Source of the DNA: Candidatus Muiribacteriota bacterium
GTDB lineage: Bacteria > Muiribacteriota > Muiribacteriia > Muiribacteriales > Muiribacteriaceae
DNA: 48,503 bases
NCBI GenBank assembly: GCA_051747805.1
Contig: JBNJGP010000007.1
Span: 1-48,503 of the forward strand
Direction: 5' to 3'
Part shown: one piece after another, positions 8,736 to 17,840 of the stretch
How the letters are laid out: each line of letters starts with the position of its first letter
How positions within the stretch are numbered: position 1 is the stretch's first letter
Notes under the pieces: generated by a model
What the model was told of the DNA's origin: nothing
Seen by the model: the letters and a program-made list of their open reading frames with translations, nothing else
Database searches by the model: none
Program-made: the position numbers and the translations under genes

Positions 8736-9983
8736 TTAACTATTGCTTTTTTCAGCTTTAAGCTCCTCTGCGTTCTCGGAAATAACTCTTGCAAGTCTTT
8801 TTATTCCAGTATCGATTTCTGCAAGTGTAGGATAGGAGAAGTTTATTCTCATGGAATTTTTGCCGCTGTCATCGGCATGAAAAGCCGAACCTATAACATA
8901 GGCTACATTTTCCTCAACTGCCTTATAAAAAAGTTCGTCAGCATTCATGTTTTCAGGAAGCTCGATCCATAAAAACATCCCTCCTTCAGGTTTTGTCCAT
9001 TTAAGACCTTCAATATCCGGCATAAATCTATCAAGAGCTTTTAACATAGCTTTTTGTTTCTGTTTATAAAAACGTACATTACTTTTTATCTGTTCTTTTA
9101 AATAACCTCTTTTTAAAAATTCTGAAGCAATTGCCTGCGTAAACGGAGGCGTACAAAGATCAACCCCCTGTTTAATTATTGTGAACTTCTGAATAAATTC
9201 AGGGTTTTTACTTACTGCCCAGCCAAGTCTGAAGCCAGGAATCATAGTTTTTGAAAAAGTGTAAAGTGAAATTACCAGCCCATATTTGTCAAGAGAAAGC
9301 AGAGATTCTACTTCTTTTCCTTCATAACGTAATTCCTTATAGGGGCTGTCTTCAACAACAGGAATAGAATATTTATTAGCAACTTCAATAAGCTGTTTTC
9401 TTCTTTCTAAAGTCATTGTGATTCCAGCTGGATTCTGGAAATCAGGTATTACATAAATAAATTTTGGCATCGGTTTACCGTCATCTTTAAGCTTAGAGAG
9501 TTTATTTTCAATTTCATCAACAATAATTCCATCCCTGTCAAGTGGAACACCAATGAAGTTTGCGCGATAGGCTTTAAAAGCCTGAAGTGCTCCCAGATAA
9601 CTTGGAAGACCAACAATAATATTATCCCCTGTATTTAAAAATGTTTTTCCAATAATATCTAAACCCTGCTGAGAAGCAGTTGTAACAAGAATGTTTTCCT
9701 GCTCAAACGAGGTTTTTGTAGCATTCTTTAAGTATTTAATAATTTGTTCTTTAAGCTCAGGACTACCTTCTGTAGGGCCATACTGCATCATTAATGATCC
9801 CTTGGTTTCGATTAAATCATTTGTGATTTTCTTAATTTTTTCTTTAGGAAATGTTTCTGGAGCAGGCAGGCCTCCTGCAAAGGAAATAATGCCTGGTTTT
9901 CTAGTCAGTTTTAATAATTCCCTTATTACTGAAGCTTTCATCCCTTTAGCTGATTCCGAAAAAATATTTTCTGGATTAAACAT
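8736..9983 (-). CDS. PLP-dependent aminotransferase class I (LysN/ARO8-like)
   Basis: ISFAGGLP, PDFQNPAG, EDSPY, TFSKTMIPGFRLGW, PEGGMFLW. Confidence 0.92.
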   Translation of the reverse strand: MFNPENIFSESAKGMKASVIRELLKLTRKPGIISFAGGLPAPETFPKEKIKKITNDLIETKGSLMMQYGPTEGSPELKEQIIKYLKNATKTSFEQENILVTTASQQGLDIIGKTFLNTGDNIIVGLPSYLGALQAFKAYRANFIGVPLDRDGIIVDEIENKLSKLKDDGKPMPKFIYVIPDFQNPAGITMTLERRKQLIEVANKYSIPVVEDSPYKELRYEGKEVESLLSLDKYGLVISLYTFSKTMIPGFRLGWAVSKNPEFIQKFTIIKQGVDLCTPPFTQAIASEFLKRGYLKEQIKSNVRFYKQKQKAMLKALDRFMPDIEGLKWTKPEGGMFLWIELPENMNADELFYKAVEENVAYVIGSAFHADDSGKNSMRINFSYPTLAEIDTGIKRLARVISENAEELKAEKSNS

Positions 9984-10028
9984 AATACACTCCCTGTTAA
10001 TTATTTTAAATGATTCCCTTTTTATTAA

Positions 10029-11327
10029 TTATAACAGCTCGGCTCCTCTTGTTGCAAGAGAGCTGCGTTCCCCCTTGTTTAATACAATTCTTCCGGCAAT
10101 ACCCTCGTTTTTGAATTTCTCGGCAATATATGACAAACCATTATTTGATTCATCAAGATAGGGGATATCAATTTGAAACGGGTCTCCGGTTAAAACTATT
10201 TTTGTATTTGCACCTGCCCTGGTAATAATTGTTTTAACCTCATGTGATGTTAGATTCTGAGCCTCATCGATTATAATATAACTGTCCGGAAGACTTCTTC
10301 CTCTAATATATGTAAGAGCCTCAACCTGAATTAATTTATTTTCATATAAATAATTATATTCTTTTTTTATGTCGGCTCCAAATAAAAAGTCAAGATTATC
10401 GGTAATAGGCTGCATCCATGAGCCCATTTTATCGTCTTTTGAGCCGGGTAGATAACCAATATCTTTGCCCATGGGAATAACAGGTCTGGATACAATAAGC
10501 CTTTTGTAGACTTTTTCACCAAGAACCTTTTCTAATCCGGCGGCGAGAGCAAGCAGAGTTTTACCTGTACCGGCTGTTCCGATGAGGCAGACACATTCAA
10601 TTTGTGAGCTCATCAAAAGCTCTATTGCAAAGCGCTGTTCAAGGTTTCTAGCATCAATTCCCCATGGTTTTGCTGAAATATGATATAGCGGGATCAGTTT
10701 TTCTTTTTCGCAGCAAAATTTTGCAAGTGCGGACTGGCCGGTTTTTTCCACTTTTAAAAGCACACATTCATTCGGCGTAAAATCAAAATCTGGGAGTTGC
10801 AGCTCTTTTTCTTTATAAAAAATATCAAGTATAGTTTTTTCCACATTAATAATTTTAAATCCTTTGAAAACATCAAGAAAGTTAACTTTATTACTTTCAT
10901 AGGCCTCTGCCTTAATTCCAATAGAGCTGCTTTTAACGCGAACATTTATATCATTGGAAACAAGAATTAAAGGTTGAGTTGTTTCTTTAGATAAAGCAAA
11001 AGCAACAGATATAATATAATTATCAGGTGAGTTTCTATCAAGAGTTGCAGGAATTTCCTTATGCATTTCAGTGTTTTCTGTGTCGATTCTTAAAAGTCCC
11101 CCGGTTCCAACTTCTACACCTTTGATAAGATTGCCTTTTTCTCTAAGACGGTCAAGGTTTTTAAGAACTTTTCTGGCATTAGCTCCGGCTGAACCCTGAG
11201 TGGATTTTAATCTGTCAAGTTCTTCAAGAACTATTAAAGGTATTATAACTTCATTATCCTCAAAATTAAATATTGCGTCACTGTCACTAATTAAAATATT
11301 TGTGTCAAGTACATACTTTTTTATCAT
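10029..11327 (-). CDS. PIN-PhoH (PhoH2/YlaK-like) ATPase
   Basis: N-terminal PIN VLDTN, Walker A GTAGTGKT, GYLPG, YIRGRS, DEAQN, ERS. Confidence 0.93.
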   Translation of the reverse strand: MIKKYVLDTNILISDSDAIFNFEDNEVIIPLIVLEELDRLKSTQGSAGANARKVLKNLDRLREKGNLIKGVEVGTGGLLRIDTENTEMHKEIPATLDRNSPDNYIISVAFALSKETTQPLILVSNDINVRVKSSSIGIKAEAYESNKVNFLDVFKGFKIINVEKTILDIFYKEKELQLPDFDFTPNECVLLKVEKTGQSALAKFCCEKEKLIPLYHISAKPWGIDARNLEQRFAIELLMSSQIECVCLIGTAGTGKTLLALAAGLEKVLGEKVYKRLIVSRPVIPMGKDIGYLPGSKDDKMGSWMQPITDNLDFLFGADIKKEYNYLYENKLIQVEALTYIRGRSLPDSYIIIDEAQNLTSHEVKTIITRAGANTKIVLTGDPFQIDIPYLDESNNGLSYIAEKFKNEGIAGRIVLNKGERSSLATRGAELL

Positions 11328-11330
11328 ACT

Positions 11331-12059
11331 CTACTCCCTTTTTTGAAAGATAAAAACAATTCTTTCAGAATTATTACATATTTTTTTCTCTTCGTAATTA
11401 TCATAAACTCCTTTAATTTCAAAAAAATTATTTTTTGCCAGAGTTAAAATTTCATCAACCCTAAATATTCTTCTTTTATGAACCTCTTTGATTTTTTCAT
11501 AAAGTCCGTTTTTTAATCTATGAAAAAAAACAAGCTCATTTACAAAAGTTTTATGGGTTAAAAATCTATTATACCATATACATGAAATATTTCTATTTTC
11601 ATGAACGAAAATATTATTTTTGAACATTGAAACAATTCGCTTTTTTGTGATTATATCAAAAATAAGAAGCCCGTCTTTTTTTAAAGTCGTGTTTGCATGT
11701 TTAAAAAAATTATTCAGCTCTTTTTTTGAGTTTAAGTAGTTCAGAGAATCAAAAGCCGAAATTATAACATTAAAACTTTTTGCCGAGGCAAAAGGCTTGT
11801 TCATACTGCATTGCCATATATATGAATCTGGATTTTTATTCCTGGCTATTACACACATTTGATATGATAAATCAAAACCATAAATTTTATAATGGGGCTT
11901 TAAAAGATATATTAAATTTCCTGTTCCGCAGGCGGCATCAAGTATAGAGCAATTTTTAAACCGATAATTATTTATTTTTTTATACAGAAAGGCGGCCCAT
12001 TTATCGTATGAAACTTCCTGCATAAGACTGTCATAAAACTGAGAAAATTCTTTATACAT
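11331..12059 (-). CDS. Class I SAM-dependent methyltransferase (YqeM-like)
   Basis: YDSLM..VSY..W, LDAACGTG, FDSLNYL. Confidence 0.88.
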   Translation of the reverse strand: MYKEFSQFYDSLMQEVSYDKWAAFLYKKINNYRFKNCSILDAACGTGNLIYLLKPHYKIYGFDLSYQMCVIARNKNPDSYIWQCSMNKPFASAKSFNVIISAFDSLNYLNSKKELNNFFKHANTTLKKDGLLIFDIITKKRIVSMFKNNIFVHENRNISCIWYNRFLTHKTFVNELVFFHRLKNGLYEKIKEVHKRRIFRVDEILTLAKNNFFEIKGVYDNYEEKKICNNSERIVFIFQKRE

Positions 12060-12076
12060 AGTAAAATTATAAATAT

Positions 12077-12103
12077 TTTATATTTAAAAGTAAATGCCGA
12101 TAA
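12077..12103 (+). promoter_or_regulatory. Candidate sigma-28 promoter
   Basis: Perfect -10 GCCGATAA at 12096-12103; weak -35 (TTTA, 15 nt upstream). Confidence 0.5.
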
Positions 12104-12115
12104 AAAAAAGGTGAT

Positions 12116-13438
12116 TTGATTTTGATGGAGACTTTCAGTTTCATGAATTATATAAACTTTACAATATTAATTTTTTTATCTCTATGTATACCGCTTTGTG
12201 TATTAATTATATATTTTTATCTGAAAAAAAGAGATTTAAAACAGTATTATACGGACAAATCTCAAAAATATATTTTTATTAATAATAAGAAACGAAAAAA
12301 ATATTTAAAAAAATTAATTCCCATGCTCACTTTTATTGAATACATAAATCTGATTACAAGAGATAAATATTTTTATTTTTTTCTTGAGCATTTTAATCTG
12401 GATAAAATATGCTCCTCAGAGAAACTTGATAACCCGGAAAAACACTGTCACAAAGAAGAAGAGATTAATTTTGATGAAATAGAGTTTAAAAAGGCGTTAT
12501 GCTCACAAAATATTCTTCTTAAAAAAAAGGCCGCGGCTCAAAGTGAAAGCTTTCTATATTTAGAAGCTTTTTTGCAGGAACGATTTCAAAAAGAATCAGA
12601 TGAAGAGGTTTTAGAGCTCCTGATTAATAGAGTGGGAAAAATTTTGTCTGTTTCATCTTTAATGAATAAATTAAAAAAAACAACTTCAGACTCCCTCGCT
12701 TCTTCAATTTTGTTTAAGTTAAAAGATAAGAAGTCTAATTTAAAAAAAGAGGAAAGAGCTATTGATTCTATAGAATACTCTGAATACAGAGTACTTTGTC
12801 AGGCTATTCTTTATCCAGATAAATTTGTAGAAAATTTAATAAATATTGTAGAAAAGAACTCCAATACGCAAATAGTAGGTTTTGGTCTGAGTTTGCTTGG
12901 TGATATTACTATTGATGATACAAAAAAACTTTCAAGAATTATCAGGGTTATTGAAAAATATCAGAATAGTACAGAAAAAAGTACAAAAAAAGAGAAAAAA
13001 AATCGCATAGAAAAATCTGTGTATTCTATTGGAATTAAAAAAACATATAATTTATTAAATAAATTTCATCTTTTTGATGATTTCTGTAAAATGATTTTAA
13101 CAAACAGAGTTTTAAGATTTGACCAAGAGTTAATAACAGGGGCTTTTTTGACGGCTGTTTCAAAAAGCAGGGATAGCACTTTTGTTCCCCTCTTAAAAGA
13201 GTTAGTTAAAGACACAGACAGCGTTTATGTTGCTGTACGTGCGCTTGAAGCGTTATGTAACATGGATGAAAAAATAGAATATTATTTTATTTCAAGATTC
13301 AAACATGTTAGATATGAAGAAATTGATTATTATTTATTGCAGCTTCTTTCAAGAAATAGATATATCTGTAAAAAATCCACGGTTCTTTTTGAAAAAATTC
13401 TAAAAAAATCTGACAGAGCGTTTAAGGTTTTTAAATAA
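12116..13438 (+). CDS. Hypothetical membrane-anchored, possibly HEAT-like helical protein
   Basis: 440-aa ORF, N-terminal hydrophobic segment, SD AAGGTG; VAVRALEAL resembles a HEAT-type helix. Confidence 0.6.
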   Translation: MILMETFSFMNYINFTILIFLSLCIPLCVLIIYFYLKKRDLKQYYTDKSQKYIFINNKKRKKYLKKLIPMLTFIEYINLITRDKYFYFFLEHFNLDKICSSEKLDNPEKHCHKEEEINFDEIEFKKALCSQNILLKKKAAAQSESFLYLEAFLQERFQKESDEEVLELLINRVGKILSVSSLMNKLKKTTSDSLASSILFKLKDKKSNLKKEERAIDSIEYSEYRVLCQAILYPDKFVENLINIVEKNSNTQIVGFGLSLLGDITIDDTKKLSRIIRVIEKYQNSTEKSTKKEKKNRIEKSVYSIGIKKTYNLLNKFHLFDDFCKMILTNRVLRFDQELITGAFLTAVSKSRDSTFVPLLKELVKDTDSVYVAVRALEALCNMDEKIEYYFISRFKHVRYEEIDYYLLQLLSRNRYICKKSTVLFEKILKKSDRAFKVFK

Positions 13439-13453
13439 ATACCGGTGACCATG

Positions 13454-13481
13454 TTGAATTATTTGAAAAACATGGTATATT
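13454..13481 (+). promoter_or_regulatory. Candidate sigma-70 promoter of the rplU operon
   Basis: TTGAAT-N16-TATATT with extended TGn. Confidence 0.5.
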
Positions 13482-13482
13482 A

Positions 13483-13560
13483 GTCTAACCGCGTGAAAAG
13501 GGTATTTTAAGAAGGGGGTTCCTCGCCCTTTGTTCAGCGAGATAATATCAGGGAGGTTTT
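13483..13560 (+). ncRNA. Putative L21 leader RNA
   Basis: Stem CGC-GTGAA-AAGGGT / GCCCTTT-GTTCA-GCG in the 5' UTR of rplU, where the L21 leader occurs in Firmicutes-type operons. Confidence 0.55.
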
Positions 13561-13563
13561 ATA

Positions 13564-13878
13564 ATGTACGCTATTGTACAAACTGGTGGTAAACAATACA
13601 GGGTTGAGCCGAATATGACGTTTAAAATTGAAAAAATTGACGTTAATGAAAATGGGAAAGTTGAGCTAGATAAAGTTCTTATGGTTAATGACGGAAAAGA
13701 TATAAAAGTTGGTGATCCATACGTGTCTAATGCCAAAGTTTTATGTTCTCTGGAAGAACAGGGAAAAAATAAAAAAATCAGGGTGTTTAGATATAAGCCT
13801 AAGAAAAAATATCGAAGAGTAACGGGGCATAGACAACCTTATACTGCTTTGAAGGTGAATGAGATTAAATTAAAGTAG
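13564..13878 (+). CDS. rplU: 50S ribosomal protein L21
   Basis: MYAIVQTGGKQYRV...GHRQPYT. Confidence 0.98.
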   Translation: MYAIVQTGGKQYRVEPNMTFKIEKIDVNENGKVELDKVLMVNDGKDIKVGDPYVSNAKVLCSLEEQGKNKKIRVFRYKPKKKYRRVTGHRQPYTALKVNEIKLK

Positions 13879-13884
13879 CTTAAA

Positions 13885-14214
13885 ATGATTGAGATTAAAA
13901 TTAATCTTGAAGGAGATTTAATTAAACAAATAAATATAAAGGGCCATGCCGAATACGATGTTACAGGTAAAGATATAGTCTGTGCGGGCGTTTCGGCGGT
14001 TTTTTTTGCGGGTGTTAATTCATTAAAAAGCATACTTGGCAATAATAGTCAGGTGTTTAAAATAACAGCCAAAAAAGGAAGTGCCCAAATAAAGTTGATT
14101 GATCCCGAGCCGACAAGTCAGCTTATTGCAAAGGTGGTTTATATCGGGTTAAAAAATATTGAAAATGAATATAAGGAATTTGTGAAGATAGAGGAGGATT
14201 ACAATGGCACATAA
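13885..14214 (+). CDS. prp: Ribosomal-processing cysteine protease Prp (YsxB, DUF464)
   Basis: GHA and DIVCAGVS catalytic motifs; lies between rplU and rpmA. Confidence 0.92.
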   Translation: MIEIKINLEGDLIKQINIKGHAEYDVTGKDIVCAGVSAVFFAGVNSLKSILGNNSQVFKITAKKGSAQIKLIDPEPTSQLIAKVVYIGLKNIENEYKEFVKIEEDYNGT

Positions 14215-14464
14215 GAAAGGTGTAGGAAGTTCAGTTAACGGTCGTGACAGTCAGAGTAAAAGATTAGGTATAAAAAAATATGCTGGTGAAATTGTAAAAG
14301 CTGGTAATATTATTGTTAGACAGAGAGGAACAAAATATCATCCAGGATTTAATGTTGCAAAAGGTGGAGATGATACCTTATTTGCAAAAATTGACGGCAA
14401 AGTTTCATTTGAAAAACATTTTAGAACAAAAACTAAAGTAAGTATTTATCCTGAAAATGTATAA
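14204..14464 (+). CDS. rpmA: 50S ribosomal protein L27 (no N-terminal extension)
   Basis: [40 protein letters not shown]. Confidence 0.98.
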   Translation: MAHKKGVGSSVNGRDSQSKRLGIKKYAGEIVKAGNIIVRQRGTKYHPGFNVAKGGDDTLFAKIDGKVSFEKHFRTKTKVSIYPENV

Positions 14465-14480
14465 ATGTTGAAAGGCGAAA

Positions 14481-14523
14481 GGTATCAATGTTCTTCTGAT
14501 AATATTTTAAGAACATTGATGCC
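14481..14523 (+). other. Intergenic 15-bp hairpin
   Basis: GGTATCAATGTTCTT / AAGAACATTGATGCC, 13-nt loop, no U-tract. Confidence 0.7.
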
Positions 14524-14526
14524 ATA

Positions 14527-15114
14527 TTGATTATGCGAGTTGGCTTTTTTGGCGGTGCTTTTGATCCTGTACATTATGGACATCTTTATATGGCTCAGCA
14601 GGCGGTCAGCCTTGATTTTGTTGACAAAGTTATTTTTGTTGTAACCTCTGATCCACCGCATAAAAAAAAGAGTGGGTTATCCTCTTTTAACCATCGATTT
14701 AATATGACAAAGCTTGCTGTTGAAAATAATTCTTCTTTTATTGTCTCTGAAATAGAAAAAAACCTTCCTTCTCCCTCCTATACATTGAATACGCTGAAGG
14801 AATTACAAAAAAATACTGATTCCGAGATTAAACTGTTAATTGGAATGGACCATCTTTATACCTTTAACACCTGGAAAAATTATAGAGAGATTTCTGAAAA
14901 TTTTGATATACTGGTTTTTCCAAGAAAAGTTAATAAAAAAGAGGAAAAAATGGATTTTTTAAAAAATATAAAATATAAAATAGCAAATACTGAAATTTTT
15001 ACAATAAAGGCCCGGTTTATTAGAAATCAAATTAAAAAAAATCTTTCTATTAGATATGCTACGCCTGATAATGTTATTGAATATATTAAAAGGAATAAAT
15101 TATATGTTTCATGA
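14527..15114 (+). CDS. nadD: Nicotinate-nucleotide adenylyltransferase
   Basis: FGGAFDPVHYGH, PPHK, SYTLNTL, LIGMD, WK; start may be the ATG at 14533. Confidence 0.93.
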   Translation: MIMRVGFFGGAFDPVHYGHLYMAQQAVSLDFVDKVIFVVTSDPPHKKKSGLSSFNHRFNMTKLAVENNSSFIVSEIEKNLPSPSYTLNTLKELQKNTDSEIKLLIGMDHLYTFNTWKNYREISENFDILVFPRKVNKKEEKMDFLKNIKYKIANTEIFTIKARFIRNQIKKNLSIRYATPDNVIEYIKRNKLYVS

Positions 15115-16375
15115 TTATGCTAAAATACATATAAAAGCTGGTGACGGAGGAAATGGAGCAGTTTCTTTCCGGCGCGAGAAGCATGTTCCAAAAGGCGGTC
15201 CCAATGGTGGTGATGGCGGTGACGGAGGTGATGTTTTTTTAAGAGCATCTTCTAGGAAATCAACTTTAATTAATTTTAAACATAAAAAACATTTTAAAGC
15301 TTTTAACGGAAAACATGGCTTAGGTAAAAATATGCACGGGGCTGGAGGCGAAGATGTTTATATAGATGTTCCAATTGGGACTCTTGTTAGAAAAGATGGA
15401 AGTAACGATGAAATAGCAGATTTAAATAAAGAGGGCAAAAAATTTCTTATTGCGAGAGGCGGGAAAGGCGGGAAAGGAAATGCCCGCTTTGTCAGTTCTA
15501 AACAAACTGCGCCAAGAATAGCAGAAAACGGTACTAAGGGCGATAGTTTCTGGATTGAACTTGAGCTTAAGCTTATTTCTGATGGAGCAATTATTGGAAT
15601 GCCTAATGCCGGAAAATCAACCTTAATTTCCAGCGTTTCAAGAGCAAAGCCTAAAATTGCAGATTATCCTTTTACCACGGTGGAACCAAATCTTGGAGTG
15701 GTTTTTTTAGATGAAACACGGAGTTTTGTTGTATCCGACATTCCGGGACTTATAGAGGGAGCAAGCGAAAACATGGGTCTTGGACATAAATTTTTGCGAC
15801 ATATTGAACGTTCAAAAGTATTAATTCATCTTATTTCCACTGAAAATGATAATTTATATGAAAATTATAAAAAAGTAAGAGAAGAGTTAAAAAAATATTC
15901 TCAAAAATTATATAAAAAAACCGAAATTATTGTAGTTTCAAAATGTGATATTATCAAAGACAGTAATTTAATTGAGGGTTTTAAGAAAGTTTTTGGAGAA
16001 GAAAATAAAAAAATATTTGCAATTTCAGCTGTTACAGGATATGGACTAAATGAACTTAAAGAAGGCATATGGGAAGAAATTTTAACGTGGGAAAAAAATA
16101 ATTCAATTAAAAAAGAAAAACAAATTCCTGTTTTTACAGTTGATGATAAAGAAAGAGAAATAATATCGGTTTATATTGAAAATAATATTTATTATGTGAA
16201 AGGCAAAAAAATTGAAGAACTGGTTCAGAAAGCTGATTTTAATAGTTCTGAAAGTGTTGACAGGCTGCAGAGGCAGCTTGAAAAAGCAGGGGTTTTCAGG
16301 GCGCTTGAGCAACATGGAATAAAGGAAGACGATGAAGTGGAAATTTCAGGGTTTAGATTTAACTTTTTTAAATAA
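15104..16375 (+). CDS. obgE: GTPase ObgE/CgtA
   Basis: Gly-rich Obg fold, GMPNAGKST, YPFTT, DIPG, C-terminal OCT domain; start set at MFHDYAKI. Confidence 0.97.
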   Translation: MFHDYAKIHIKAGDGGNGAVSFRREKHVPKGGPNGGDGGDGGDVFLRASSRKSTLINFKHKKHFKAFNGKHGLGKNMHGAGGEDVYIDVPIGTLVRKDGSNDEIADLNKEGKKFLIARGGKGGKGNARFVSSKQTAPRIAENGTKGDSFWIELELKLISDGAIIGMPNAGKSTLISSVSRAKPKIADYPFTTVEPNLGVVFLDETRSFVVSDIPGLIEGASENMGLGHKFLRHIERSKVLIHLISTENDNLYENYKKVREELKKYSQKLYKKTEIIVVSKCDIIKDSNLIEGFKKVFGEENKKIFAISAVTGYGLNELKEGIWEEILTWEKNNSIKKEKQIPVFTVDDKEREIISVYIENNIYYVKGKKIEELVQKADFNSSESVDRLQRQLEKAGVFRALEQHGIKEDDEVEISGFRFNFFK

Positions 16376-16862
16376 AAAATATTCTCTTAACCTGACTCGG
16401 CAGAGAATATCTCATATGAACAATGCGTCAAAATTAGCCCGAGTTTTATGCAGAAAACATAAAATTGATTTTATTGATGAAATGGGTGAGGCCGCGCGTC
16501 TTCATGATATAGCCAGAGGGTTAAAAAAAGAGGAGCTCCAAAAAATTATAGATTTAAAAAAATTACTCCCTGTTGAAAAAAACAAAGTAATTTTGTGGCA
16601 TGCGCCGGCTGGGGCAGAAATGTTAAAACAATCAGATTTTTTTTCCGATAGTGTATATAAATTTATTTATGCTGTCAGATATCATACATTATATGAAAAA
16701 GCTTCTGAAAAAAACTTACCTTTGAAAATACTTTGTATTTCAGATTTTGCTGAATATACGAGACAGTTTAAAGAGGCTAAATATATAAGAGAGGCAGCGT
16801 ATAAATGTATTGATGAAGGATTTAAGTTAATGGTTTATGCAAGAAAAAAATTCAGGAAGTGA
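16332..16862 (+). CDS. YqeK-like HD-domain hydrolase (Ap4A hydrolase family)
   Basis: RISH, LHDIAR, WHAPAG, RYHT, SDFAE.TR; nadD/LCP context. Confidence 0.8.
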   Translation: MKWKFQGLDLTFLNKKYSLNLTRQRISHMNNASKLARVLCRKHKIDFIDEMGEAARLHDIARGLKKEELQKIIDLKKLLPVEKNKVILWHAPAGAEMLKQSDFFSDSVYKFIYAVRYHTLYEKASEKNLPLKILCISDFAEYTRQFKEAKYIREAAYKCIDEGFKLMVYARKKFRK

Positions 16863-16865
16863 TTT

Positions 16866-17840
16866 GTGAATAAAGAAATTAAAAGTAAAAAAAATAATTT
16901 ATTAATATTAATTGTTGCCCTGATTTTACTTTCTGGAATTGCCGGGTATTACTATTTTTTTGACTCAGATGAAGAAAACAGTAATCTGACTTCGCTTTCT
17001 GGAACAGAAGACCTTGGAAAATTTGTTATTCTTGTGCTTGGAACAGATAAGGATGAGAAAGGAAAAAGCCGTTCTGATACAATGATGCTGGTTTTTGTTA
17101 ATACTTATACAAAACAAATACAGATAATTTCAATTCCGCGTGATACAAAAGTACATTTAGAAGAGAAAGGGAGAAGAAAAATAAATGCTGCCTATGTTTA
17201 TCATGGAATTGAGGGCACTAAGGATACTGTTGAAAATCTTTTAAAAGTGGATATTAATCATTATGTAACGGTTGACCTTGATGGTTTTATTAATTTAATT
17301 GATATTCTAGGCGGAATCCAAATAGACGTACAAGAAGATATGTATTATGTTGACAAAGCTGGCGAGCTTTATATTGATATTGAAAAAGGAAAACAGACAC
17401 TTGATGGTCGTCAGGCAATGCATTATGTGAGATATCGCGACAGAATCTATGCAGATATTGGTAGAATAGAAAGACAGCAGAAATTTATCAAAAAAGTTTT
17501 AAACAAGGCAAAAGAAATTGGAATTATATGGAAAATTCCAGCAATAATTCAGGAGCTTTATCAGAATATAGAAACCGATATGGGAATTAGTGAATTATTA
17601 AATATAGGAAAGAGATTCAGAGCTTTTGATTTTTCAGAAGTAAAGATTGATATGCTCCCTGGTGAACCAAAGTACATTGAAAAAATAAGTTATTATGTAA
17701 TGGACGAAGAGGCAACCAAAAAAATGATTGAAGATGTAATGAATTATGAAAATAAAAATGAATTAGAAGAGGAAAAAGTAGATGAAGTTCAAGCTGAAGA
17801 AGAAATCAAACCTGTCGAAGGCCCGTCTGGGGGAAATTAG
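16866..17840 (+). CDS. LytR-CpsA-Psr (LCP) family protein
   Basis: N-terminal TM, LVLGTD, RSDTMML, SIPRDT, KINAAY, YVRYR, DIGRIERQQ. Confidence 0.93.
   Translation: MNKEIKSKKNNLLILIVALILLSGIAGYYYFFDSDEENSNLTSLSGTEDLGKFVILVLGTDKDEKGKSRSDTMMLVFVNTYTKQIQIISIPRDTKVHLEEKGRRKINAAYVYHGIEGTKDTVENLLKVDINHYVTVDLDGFINLIDILGGIQIDVQEDMYYVDKAGELYIDIEKGKQTLDGRQAMHYVRYRDRIYADIGRIERQQKFIKKVLNKAKEIGIIWKIPAIIQELYQNIETDMGISELLNIGKRFRAFDFSEVKIDMLPGEPKYIEKISYYVMDEEATKKMIEDVMNYENKNELEEEKVDEVQAEEEIKPVEGPSGGN

Noticed and set aside
10029..11327. PIN-PhoH as a toxin-antitoxin or defence system
   Set aside because: It is a typical PhoH2/YlaK-like gene in a housekeeping run, with no antitoxin-like ORF beside it.
15056..15103. 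Upstream starts for obgE (15056), radA (46983), flgA (32537) and hup (35995)
   Set aside because: Family-typical N-termini or SD-linked starts lie downstream, at 15104, 47034, 32570 and 36007.
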